Counted from the stretch's first letter, positions 8,726 to 16,930 are shown. The stretch: DNA of 45,145 nt from a virus (IMGVR_UViG_3300042923_001790:1-45145), one strand, 5' to 3'. A program made the numbers and translations. The notes: a model not told the origin generated them from the sequence alone.

Positions 8726-9393
8726 CAGGCCGCCTCCGCCAGCTTGCCGAGATCGGCTTCGGTCGCGACATGAAACATGCCGCTCTCGCCGTCCTTCTCC
8801 GGCCGCCACTCCCCGATGCCGCAGGCGAAGCCGGCGACGTTCAGCATGTTCAGGATCTGCGCAGGCGAGAGCACGTTCGCATTGAAGCGGACCAACACCG
8901 TCGCATGCCAAGGCCAGAACTCGGCCCGGTAGCGGAGGTCGGCAGTGCCCATGCCGATGCGCACCATGTCCTCACGCATCCGGGGCTTGCCACCCTCGAT
9001 CCGAACGAGGTTCATGCGCGCCGAGGTGCCGTCGAAGGCGCCTTTCACGTCGACGCCGTCGCCGACGATGTGGAACGCCTGCCGGGCGGCCACCTTCGTG
9101 ATTCCCGACACGCTCGTCACCGCGGTCACGGCGGCGGCTTTGAACGCCACCGAAGGGAAGCCGTAGCCGCCGTCCTCGAAGCGGTACATGGACTGCTCGA
9201 AGTCGTCGACGGGGTTCTTCGCCTCCTTGGCGCCCTTCGCCGCCTTCATCTGCTTCTGCAGCATCTCGCGCTTGGCCTTCTGCGACCAGGCGTGAACGAT
9301 GAGCGGCGTGTCGCCGATCAGAGTGGCTTCCATCATCTGAATATCGAGTTTCGGCAGCTCGATTGACGTCGTTTCCTTCTTGGCGTTGGCCAT
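8725..9393 (-). CDS. Solo Cas7/RAMP-like protein (222 aa), candidate RNA-guided effector
   Basis: ATG 9393 with GGAGA RBS; N-terminal strand ATLIGDTPLIVH, PSVAFKAAAVTA helix and C-terminal Gly-rich loop GFACGIGEWRPEKDGESGMF, the layout of RAMP (Cas7-group) proteins; fold inferred by eye. Confidence 0.75.
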   Translation of the reverse strand: MANAKKETTSIELPKLDIQMMEATLIGDTPLIVHAWSQKAKREMLQKQMKAAKGAKEAKNPVDDFEQSMYRFEDGGYGFPSVAFKAAAVTAVTSVSGITKVAARQAFHIVGDGVDVKGAFDGTSARMNLVRIEGGKPRMREDMVRIGMGTADLRYRAEFWPWHATVLVRFNANVLSPAQILNMLNVAGFACGIGEWRPEKDGESGMFHVATEADLGKLAEAA

Positions 9394-9528
9394 GATCAGT
9401 CTCCATGGGCATCCGGCCCGCCAAGACCTGGATGCGTACAGGTGGTCGCTTACGACCGCCGGAGCCCATGAAGCTCGCGGTCGCATCAAATCCCCATGGC
9501 GGCGGGGAATTCGTGATGTCGGGTGTTC

Positions 9529-10191
9529 TCAGCTCGCCGGGGCGAGCCGCTCGATGTCGTTGATCAGGGCGATGGTCGCGTTGTAGTCGTCGTCGGTCCA
9601 GTTGCTGGCGTCTTGCCGGCGGACGACGGCGACCTTCACCGCGAGATCGGAGAGAGAGGTCGCCGGCGTGGTGAGGATTTCATCCTCGATCGCGCAGAGC
9701 GCCTCGTAGGCTGTGATCGAAGCTTCCTCCGCGGCGTCGAGACCGATCTCGTCGCGCAGCCGCTTGAGGTCGCTCTCCCACCGACGAACGGCATCTGCCC
9801 TTGCCTGTGCCTTATCAGCAAGCTCGTGCCAGTTCCTCTTTCGGTACTTGGCGGCCACGCTTTCCCATTGGGCGATGGTGCCCACGGTGCGATACCGGCC
9901 ATCAGGCTGACGCTCTTCCGACCAGCGGGCAGAAAACATGAAGCCGTTCGGCACGTACGCTTCTGTCGGCCTCATGGGCTTCCGGTCAGCGTAGAGCCGC
10001 CCTGCCCCTTCCGCCTCGTCGCTCGCGCTCTCGTAAGCGGCCAGCGCCGCATCGAACTGCGGCTTCATCAGCGCGAGGTCGCTGCTGGCCATCGCGGGCA
10101 GCGGGATCGTCAATCCAGCCGCCGCCCCGGCGCCGATGCCGGCGAGGAACCGGCGACGGGATGTGGTAGTCTGCTCGATAGCTTCGACCAT
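9529..10191 (-). CDS. Hypothetical protein with twin-arginine-like N-terminus (220 aa)
   Basis: TSRRRFLAGIGAGAAAG; C-terminal TPATSLSDLAVKV; GGAG RBS. Confidence 0.8.
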   Translation of the reverse strand: MVEAIEQTTTSRRRFLAGIGAGAAAGLTIPLPAMASSDLALMKPQFDAALAAYESASDEAEGAGRLYADRKPMRPTEAYVPNGFMFSARWSEERQPDGRYRTVGTIAQWESVAAKYRKRNWHELADKAQARADAVRRWESDLKRLRDEIGLDAAEEASITAYEALCAIEDEILTTPATSLSDLAVKVAVVRRQDASNWTDDDYNATIALINDIERLAPAS

Positions 10192-10254
10192 CGGACTGAA
10201 CTCCGTGGTTGGGGTTAGGGCCGGGAGGAAGTTGCCGCTTCCTGCCGGCCTGCA

Positions 10255-10301
10255 TTCGTGATAACACGATCACATCGAATGTCAACTCATGTTATCACGA
10301 A
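10255..10301. promoter_or_regulatory. Inverted-repeat operator overlapping a leftward sigma70 promoter
   Basis: TTCGTGATAACACGA (10255-10269) and TCATGTTATCACGAA (10287-10301), 14/15 complementary; minus-strand TTGACA at 10285-10280 with a TATCAC -10 candidate 16 nt downstream. Confidence 0.75.
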
Positions 10302-10309
10302 AACACCAA

Positions 10310-10591
10310 ATGCGCGCACCCGAGACTGGAACGCTTGTTGGAGTCCGGCTTCAGGCTGAAGATCTCAACGCCCTCGATGACTGGCGGCGTCAGCAGGATG
10401 ATCTTCCCTCTCGTCCAGAAGCAATGCGCCGACTAACCGCCTTCGCGCTTGCCCTCGCCCCGCACTTCGAAGCCATCGAGGGCTTCGTAGGCGTTTGCAT
10501 CATCGCGAAAAATGGGGACCTGACGGACCCGGCGCATCGAGCGCTATTGGATGCACTTGTCGAGGCCAATGAAGCCGTGCGCAGCTCATGA
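10310..10591 (+). CDS. Ribbon-helix-helix (CopG/Arc-like) regulator, divergent from the cassette
   Basis: LVGVRLQAEDLNALDDWRRQQDDLPSRPEAMRRL RHH pattern. Confidence 0.8.
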   Translation: MRAPETGTLVGVRLQAEDLNALDDWRRQQDDLPSRPEAMRRLTAFALALAPHFEAIEGFVGVCIIAKNGDLTDPAHRALLDALVEANEAVRSS

Positions 10592-10614
10592 CACCTTGGC
10601 GTCGCGGCGCCTAA

Positions 10615-11346
10615 CTAGGCGGGGTCTGTCTGGCCGGAAGCGGTGCCGGCGACGGCCTCGCTGAGGGCCGCCGACATCTTCGAGATCAGCGTGTGGAAGC
10701 GCTCGAAGGCGTCCGGCCCCGCGATCCCGAGCCGCTCCGCATAGCGGTCGATCGCCGTGAACGGGATGCCGCCGTGCGGGCCGGGGGTCCGGTCCGACAG
10801 CAGCGTCCAGAACGCCTTCCATTCGAGATCGAGGTGATCCGCCAGCGCCGGCCGCTCGGCAAGCGCCTTGAGGGTTATGCCCTCCTCACGGGCGACGTCT
10901 TCCAGCCACTGCAGATGATCGCCCCAGGCCACCATCCATCGGATTATGGCGGTCAGGTTGCTCGCGTCGGCTTCGAGCGAGGCAACGCCTCGATCGGCGA
11001 CGATCCCGCCGGCGGCGACGCAGGCGCCGGCCAGATACTCGCCGATCTCCGGATCGGTCAGCAGCTCGACGGTGCAGGGTTCGTCCAGGCTCCAGTCGAC
11101 GACGATGGTGCGGACGAGCACCTCCGCGAGGATCCGTGCCGAGACGTCCGGCGGCATCTTCTCCTTCTGCTCGTCCGGGAGTTCCCGAACGAGATCGCCA
11201 CGAAGCTTCGCCGCCTCGGTATTGCGCAGGCTGCGGGCCTTGACGTCGAGGCTGATGCCGAGCTCGTCGAGAACGATGCCCTTCACCCACGCGCCACCGG
11301 CGGCCTTGGCCTTTGCCGCCCTGAGATCACCGACCTTCAGTTTCAC
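10615..11346 (-). CDS. Tail assembly chaperone (G- and T-like parts in a single frame)
   Basis: Lies between tail tube and tape measure genes; GAWV...IVVDW (G-like) followed by WKAFWTLLSDR...IPFTAIDRYAERLG (T-like). Confidence 0.8.
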   Translation of the reverse strand: MKLKVGDLRAAKAKAAGGAWVKGIVLDELGISLDVKARSLRNTEAAKLRGDLVRELPDEQKEKMPPDVSARILAEVLVRTIVVDWSLDEPCTVELLTDPEIGEYLAGACVAAGGIVADRGVASLEADASNLTAIIRWMVAWGDHLQWLEDVAREEGITLKALAERPALADHLDLEWKAFWTLLSDRTPGPHGGIPFTAIDRYAERLGIAGPDAFERFHTLISKMSAALSEAVAGTASGQTDPA

Positions 11347-11525
11347 GAGGCCTTCTCCTGCTTGGCGGCGGGCTTGCCCCAGCGCGCGTGTTTCTTGTCG
11401 ACGATGAGCTGGGCGTAATCCGCCGGCACATCGTCGGGAACGGAGAGGGTTTCGCCGGCGGCGAACGCGCGCCGACGCCCCTCGGGATAGCCCGTGAAGG
11501 GCTCCACGATCTCGACCGTCTTCAT
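11343..11525 (-). CDS. Small hypothetical virion-module protein (60 aa)
   Basis: Overlaps next gene; AGGA RBS. Confidence 0.7.
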   Translation of the reverse strand: MKTVEIVEPFTGYPEGRRRAFAAGETLSVPDDVPADYAQLIVDKKHARWGKPAAKQEKAS

Positions 11526-11551
11526 GGGGATGTCCTGTTGGGAGCGGTCGA

Positions 11552-12478
11552 TCAGGCGACGGCGCGCGTGATCTTTACCGAGCAGGCCTCGGTGGCGTCG
11601 TAGACGGCTCGGAACGGGATGGAGACCATCACGTCGTCGTTGTTGCCGCCGATCTGCTTGGCGCCGTCTAGGAAGATGATCTTGGGCAGCAGGACCGTGT
11701 ATTTCTTGGTCGTGTCCTTGCCGATGTTGAAGCTCAGAGCGCCGCCGCCGTGGTCGAGCACCGCCTGGTAGAGCGCCTGGCTCTCGAAATAGGCCTCGAG
11801 GGTGCCGGTGCTGTCGAAACGGCCGGCGCCGAACTCCTCCGTGAAGAGCGAGCCGACCACCGGGCGTTCGCGGAGGTTGTTGTTGAATTCGAGGTTGAGG
11901 CTCCGCACCTTCGGCACCGGATTGAGACCGGCGACGGCCAGCGCCGCGACATGCGCGGAAGAAGTCAGGATCGGCTCGGTCGTCGCCGCCGTATAGGTGG
12001 CGCCGGTGACGATCGCCGAGGCGAGCGTCTCCTTCTGGCCGATGAGGCCGACCGAGCCGGTCACCTTCGCGCGCGCCGCGATGGCGAGGGAGAACGTGTT
12101 GACGGTGCAGCCCAAATAGCGATGAAAGCTGTCGGTGGCGCCGAGCTCCAGCGTCTCCTCCACGGTGAAGTATTTCGGCGTGATACCGTTCTTCAGGACG
12201 TTGGTGGCCCAGGTGCCGCGCAGCGCCGCCTCGAGCATGTCGTCGAAAGTGCTGTAGGAGAATTCGAACGGATAGGCGCCGCTGACGCCGAGGCCCAGCA
12301 GGCCCTCGTCGGGCACATTGCGATCGGCGCGGAGTTCGTCACTGGTTTGCGTCGTCTTGTTGGTGCGCGGCCCACCGCCGGTCGTGCGGAAGGTCTTGAA
12401 CGTCGGGGTGGCCGGCGTGGTGCCATACGTCGCCTCGGCGACATAGGCGATCCGCGCCTCGCTCGAATTGGCAGGCAT
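11552..12478 (-). CDS. Major tail tube protein
   Basis: 308 aa, IAYVAEATYGTTPATP...SDELRADRNV...TGTLEAYF; synteny. Confidence 0.9.
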   Translation of the reverse strand: MPANSSEARIAYVAEATYGTTPATPTFKTFRTTGGGPRTNKTTQTSDELRADRNVPDEGLLGLGVSGAYPFEFSYSTFDDMLEAALRGTWATNVLKNGITPKYFTVEETLELGATDSFHRYLGCTVNTFSLAIAARAKVTGSVGLIGQKETLASAIVTGATYTAATTEPILTSSAHVAALAVAGLNPVPKVRSLNLEFNNNLRERPVVGSLFTEEFGAGRFDSTGTLEAYFESQALYQAVLDHGGGALSFNIGKDTTKKYTVLLPKIIFLDGAKQIGGNNDDVMVSIPFRAVYDATEACSVKITRAVA

Positions 12479-12502
12479 GGCAGTTCTCCGATGTGAGGGA
12501 AG

Positions 12503-12913
12503 TCAGCCGAGGAAATCGGCGTCGTAGGCGACGGCGCAGCTCAGCGCCCAGTAGTTGCCGTCGTCGTTGCGGTCATCGAGGACGGCGGGCGAGGCACCCG
12601 CGGTGCGAACCGGGCCGAAACCCTGATGCCGGAAATGAGCGCGGAGTTCGTCGAGCCAGGCGGTCCAGGCGATGACGCCGCCGCCGCGCGGGATCATCAG
12701 CACGAAGCGGATTGCACCTTCCTCGCGCTGCAGGTTTTCACCGGGAGCCCCGATGCTGGCGGCGCTCTCCTCAGCCAGCGGGTACTGCACGGCGAGGAAG
12801 GGATCGCCGTCGTCCGGCGGCTGGAAGGTCTCGTTTGGATATTCGATCGGGGTCCGCGTCCAGAAGGCGTCTACCCGCTCCTTCACCGCGATCATCACCG
12901 CTGCCGAGGCCAT
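12503..12913 (-). CDS. Tail terminator-like protein
   Basis: YPNETFQPP...REEGAIRFVLMIPRGGG; position before tail tube. Confidence 0.75.
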   Translation of the reverse strand: MASAAVMIAVKERVDAFWTRTPIEYPNETFQPPDDGDPFLAVQYPLAEESAASIGAPGENLQREEGAIRFVLMIPRGGGVIAWTAWLDELRAHFRHQGFGPVRTAGASPAVLDDRNDDGNYWALSCAVAYDADFLG

Positions 12914-12915
12914 AG

Positions 12916-13590
12916 CTACCTCACCCTGATCACGATTGCGGGCTGGCGGCTTTCGCGCTCCATCCGAATGGCTGACTGCCGAGCGGGCTGATTTCGCATC
13001 GCTCGGCGCTCGGCGCGGTTGGCGGCACCGGGCACATAGTCGAGCAGCGGCGAGCGATAGGTAAATCGGATGCTGGCGACATTGTTGAAGCGCCGGCGCG
13101 CCAGCACGGTGACCGCTTCATAGACGCCATCCGGCGCCTGCTTCGACTGCCCACGTTCGATCTTTCGGGCATAGGGTTGCAGGTTGAGGAAGACGTACTC
13201 CTCCGCCGGCGGCACCTCTGCGCCCGGGGCGATCTCGACGCCGTCGGCATAGAAGGCGTGACTGTCCTGATATCGGCCGGTGAGCACCGGCGAGTGCTTC
13301 ACCAGCATATCGCCGACCCATTCGAACAGGTCGTTCAGCAGGTCGAACTCGAAGACGATGACGCCATCGGGCTTCACGCTCTCCAGCGGAGCGCCGAGGC
13401 GGCCGTCGACATAGGTCTCATGCGGTGGCACCACGCCGGTGGCGCGGCGGTTGATCTCCTGCGCCTCTGCGAGCGCCTGGCGGGCATAACCGGCCAGCCG
13501 CTTGCCACGCTCAGCTGGCGGCTCGCCGTCGCGGATCGCGAGCACGATGCTGCGCTCGATCGGCTCGATCCGCGTGGTGACCTTCGCCAC
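12916..13590 (-). CDS. Tail completion / neck protein (HK97 gp10-like)
   Basis: SPVLTGRYQDSH...NLQPYARKIERG.SKQAPDGVYE. Confidence 0.75.
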   Translation of the reverse strand: MAKVTTRIEPIERSIVLAIRDGEPPAERGKRLAGYARQALAEAQEINRRATGVVPPHETYVDGRLGAPLESVKPDGVIVFEFDLLNDLFEWVGDMLVKHSPVLTGRYQDSHAFYADGVEIAPGAEVPPAEEYVFLNLQPYARKIERGQSKQAPDGVYEAVTVLARRRFNNVASIRFTYRSPLLDYVPGAANRAERRAMRNQPARQSAIRMERESRQPAIVIRVR

Positions 13591-13949
13591 TAGCCGCGGA
13601 CCTGCAGGTTGATGCGGACCAGCTCGCCGCCGAGATAGATCGGCTCGGCAGCGATCACAGCGCGCGCCCGGCCGGCCGACACTAGCGTGTCTCCGGCTTT
13701 CGGGGGCTCCGGAGCGCCCGACGGCCAGCCCGCCGCAATTATCTGGGTCGGCGACATCACAACCGCGCTGTCGCCCTGAGTGATGCCCCCAACAAGCTCA
13801 TCCGGCGCATAGCCGCGGAGCTTGATCCGGACGGTGACGTCGGCAGTGGTCTTGGTCGTTCCGGACCAGGTGGCGCGACGCAGAACGGCGTCGTGGCCGT
13901 GCAGACGCAACTGCCGATCCAGGGCCGCTATGGCGGCTTGAGGCGTCAT
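13590..13949 (-). CDS. Head-closure / head-tail joining protein
   Basis: Synteny; GYAPDELVGGITQGD; ATGA overlap at 13946-13949. Confidence 0.7.
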   Translation of the reverse strand: MTPQAAIAALDRQLRLHGHDAVLRRATWSGTTKTTADVTVRIKLRGYAPDELVGGITQGDSAVVMSPTQIIAAGWPSGAPEPPKAGDTLVSAGRARAVIAAEPIYLGGELVRINLQVRG

Positions 13950-14578
13950 GACACCCACACCGTCCGGTAAGGATCGAGCATCGCCTGGACGGTCGAAGAA
14001 AAAGTGCTTTCCGACGCGCCGATCCCACCGACCCAGAATTCCTGTTCGCCGACGCCTTCGACCCGGTCCCGCTTGAGCAGCGGGTCACGATTGACCGCCG
14101 ACCACTGCTCCTGAACCGCGGTTGCCGCGGCAAGGGCAAGATCATTCGGAACAGCCTGGAACCCCGCCACATAGGTGACGACGATGGTCGACGGCTGCCA
14201 AAGACCAAACCGGCCGTTGCAGACGCGCCGCAGCAGCCCGGCGCCGGCATCGAGTTCAAATGCGGAGGCGTCGACCGCCTCGCCATTCACTACCACGCTG
14301 GTGACGCTGGCGACGAACCGTCGAGCCAGGATCAGCATGGAGACGGCGCAGGACAGCCGGAAGGTCTGCGCAACGGTCTCCTGTTTCAGCGTCGGCGGTG
14401 CGATGCCGGCCGGCGCGACGGAGCATTCTTGGGCGATGAGATCGGAAACTCGAAGACCCAGCTTGGAGAGCGCAGGATCCTGCGAACTATCGTCGGCGTC
14501 GAGACCGGCGGCCGATCGCAGGTCCTCGATGGCGAGGAGATTGCGATCAGCCGCCGGCATTACGAGAGCGAGCATCAC
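13946..14578 (-). CDS. Head-tail connector (gp6-like adaptor)
   Basis: VVTYVAGFQAVPNDLALA...RDPLLKRDRVEGVG...MLDPYR. Confidence 0.8.
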   Translation of the reverse strand: MMLALVMPAADRNLLAIEDLRSAAGLDADDSSQDPALSKLGLRVSDLIAQECSVAPAGIAPPTLKQETVAQTFRLSCAVSMLILARRFVASVTSVVVNGEAVDASAFELDAGAGLLRRVCNGRFGLWQPSTIVVTYVAGFQAVPNDLALAAATAVQEQWSAVNRDPLLKRDRVEGVGEQEFWVGGIGASESTFSSTVQAMLDPYRTVWVS

Positions 14579-14991
14579 TCACCCGTCTGTTCGGCCGCGC
14601 GTCGGGCGAGCTCGGCTTCAATGACAGCTTCCGCCGAACCGGTGTCAGCCGGCTCGGCACCGCTGATCTCGCGGGCGAGCTTCTTCTTGGTGGCGTGGTG
14701 CAGGGTCTGCCAGTTGGTCGGAATTTCGACCGTCAGAGCGGTCGTGCCCGGCTGACCGGCCGACTGGTCGTCACCATTACCGGCGGTATCTGCACCGCCT
14801 GCATCACCCTCGGAACCGTCCGAAGACGGATCGTGCCCGTCACCCTCACCACCGGCCGCAAGAGGGGTTTCGTCGGAGATCGCGACAATCCCCGCCGTCT
14901 TGAGACGGTTGGCCTCCGTCTCGTCGAACCCTGCTGCCTCCCCCGCTGCATAGGGGGAGGCGTCGCGCAGGAAGACCACCCGGACCTTCAT
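14575..14991 (-). CDS. Hypothetical head-module protein with acidic/Gly linker
   Basis: Coupled ORF; YAAGEAAGFDETEANRLKTAGIV N-terminal domain. Confidence 0.7.
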   Translation of the reverse strand: MKVRVVFLRDASPYAAGEAAGFDETEANRLKTAGIVAISDETPLAAGGEGDGHDPSSDGSEGDAGGADTAGNGDDQSAGQPGTTALTVEIPTNWQTLHHATKKKLAREISGAEPADTGSAEAVIEAELARRAAEQTGE

Positions 14992-15452
14992 CAGACCGGC
15001 AGCCGGGCGGAGCCACCGAAGATCGCGACGGCGTCGAGCGTCGCCGTGTCGGTGCTGGTGGCGTCGAGGTCCGGCTTGGCGCTGACCCGGATGTACCGCT
15101 TCGAATACTCGAGCGGCGTACCGACCTTGCCGACGCCACGCTCGGTCGTGCCGCCGCTGCCGCCAGTCAGCGTCAGCACCGAGGCCGCCGGCACCAGGTC
15201 GGTGAAGCCCGATCCACTGATGTCTGAATGCTCGATCTTGGCCACGACATCGAGCTTCTTGGTGGCCGCGAGCACGGCCCTAGCCGCGATCGCGAAGACG
15301 ACCGATTCCGGCCGCGACGGCAGCGCCAGCAGGTCGATGACCACGCCGGCCGCCTCGGTATTGTCGCCGGTGCCCCCGGCCGTCGCCGCCACGCCATCGT
15401 GGGCGAAGACGATCGCAAGCTGCGCGGCGATATCGCGCTGAAGCGAGTTCAT
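14991..15452 (-). CDS. Probable head decoration/cement protein
   Basis: 153 aa, beta-rich, directly after the capsid gene; KIEHSD...KRYIRVSAKPDL. Confidence 0.65.
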   Translation of the reverse strand: MNSLQRDIAAQLAIVFAHDGVAATAGGTGDNTEAAGVVIDLLALPSRPESVVFAIAARAVLAATKKLDVVAKIEHSDISGSGFTDLVPAASVLTLTGGSGGTTERGVGKVGTPLEYSKRYIRVSAKPDLDATSTDTATLDAVAIFGGSARLPV

Positions 15453-15523
15453 GATGAACCTCTTGGATGTGGGAATAAACGGCAGACGCCCCGTGGCGTG
15501 CCTAGAAGCAGCAAGGGCGCCGA

Positions 15524-16858
15524 TCAGGCGCCCCAGCGAACCTTGTTGAGCATGGCGAAGGCCTTGCTGCGCGAGACGCCGTAGTCGTGGCCGGCGAGGC
15601 CGCGGATGAGCGTCTGATTGCGGCTGTAGGCCGAGACCATCTCGTTCCCGACCTTGTAGGCAGCCGCCTCGTTGGCATCGATGCGGATGGCATAGCTGTC
15701 GGCGACCATGGAGAAGGTGAAATCGCCGAAGTAGATCTCCGACCCGTCGAGATTGCCGCTGCCGGCGTCGAGGTTCACCGGGATGCGGTTGAAACGCTCC
15801 ACGGCATAGCCGCGGAACGTCGGCTGAGCCGCCTGCAGGCCGGGGTAAACGATGTTGCCGTTGGGGTCGCGGAGATCCTGCAGGTACAGGAACACGCGGT
15901 CATGCATCAGCCAGCGCGGATTGATCATCGGGATTTCGGCCGTTGAGAGCGCCAGCAGCAGCTTGCGGCTGTCGCTGTCGATCTGTACCGCCGTGGGAGC
16001 GTTGCCGCCGGTGGCGTCGTAGATGTTGGCCGCCGGAACGTAGTAGCGCAGCCCCTTCGGCCCTGCACCGACGCCCGTGCCGCGCAGGAACGCCCCATCT
16101 TCCGCCTGGGCGAAGCCCTGCACCAGCATGTCGCGCACGTACATATCGATGCCGACACTGGCGAGGCGGATCAGCTTGTTGGACAGCGGCACCAGCGAAG
16201 CGATCTCGCGCTCCTTGAACGAGAGAGCACCGAAGCTCGGCTCGTCCGTGGTGATGTCGTCGCCTTCGCCAATGTAGTAGGCGTTGACGCCCTTCTCGAC
16301 GGTCGGGATCGTATCCGTGCCGCCGACGAGCGGAACGACACGCGAGATGCGGCGGATGACCGTGCGCGGATAGAGTAGTTGGATCAGCTGCGTCGACAGG
16401 CGCTCCGGCACGAATACGCCGCCACTCGACATGTCGTTGGTCTGCATAGCGGCGCCGATATCCGCGACGACGGGGTGCCCCTCGCCGAACTGCGCCACCG
16501 CCCACTCGCGAGCAGAGGTGAGATTGCCGCGAGCCGCGACGATCGCGCGAGTATAGCGGGCGAGGTCGACTCCCGGCTCTTCCTGCGCACGCGCCTGGGC
16601 CGGCACGGTCGGCGGAACAGCAGCAGGGGCAGGTTCCTGGGCGGCCGGCGCCGGAATGGCGGTCGACGCGCGAAGGGCCTGCGCGCGCTCGGCGGCGCGG
16701 ATGCGGCCGTCGAACCCCTTGATGTCGGTTTCGAGCTGGTCGAATTCGGCCTGCTCTTCGTCGGTCAGCGTCCGGAGGCCCGCCTGCGCGGCGAGACCAT
16801 CGAACTTCTCCATCGCCTTCGCGCGTTCCTGCCGAAGGCCAGCGATATCGGGGCGCAT
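15524..16858 (-). CDS. Major capsid protein, HK97 fold
   Basis: ATG 16858 with AAGGAGA RBS; coiled-coil delta domain, GGVFVPERLS, EDGAFLRGTG...PKGL, FGDF. Confidence 0.95.
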   Translation of the reverse strand: MRPDIAGLRQERAKAMEKFDGLAAQAGLRTLTDEEQAEFDQLETDIKGFDGRIRAAERAQALRASTAIPAPAAQEPAPAAVPPTVPAQARAQEEPGVDLARYTRAIVAARGNLTSAREWAVAQFGEGHPVVADIGAAMQTNDMSSGGVFVPERLSTQLIQLLYPRTVIRRISRVVPLVGGTDTIPTVEKGVNAYYIGEGDDITTDEPSFGALSFKEREIASLVPLSNKLIRLASVGIDMYVRDMLVQGFAQAEDGAFLRGTGVGAGPKGLRYYVPAANIYDATGGNAPTAVQIDSDSRKLLLALSTAEIPMINPRWLMHDRVFLYLQDLRDPNGNIVYPGLQAAQPTFRGYAVERFNRIPVNLDAGSGNLDGSEIYFGDFTFSMVADSYAIRIDANEAAAYKVGNEMVSAYSRNQTLIRGLAGHDYGVSRSKAFAMLNKVRWGA

Positions 16859-16877
16859 GGTTTCTCCTTTCGCCCAA

Positions 16878-16900
16878 AGAAAAAGGCGCCTCGCGGCGCC
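16878..16900 (-). terminator. Rho-independent terminator-like hairpin between protease and capsid genes
   Basis: GGCGCC-GCGA-GGCGCC followed by TTTTTCTTT on the minus strand. Confidence 0.6.
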
Positions 16901-16930
16901 CAACAAACCCGAACCTTCGGCCGGGAATCC

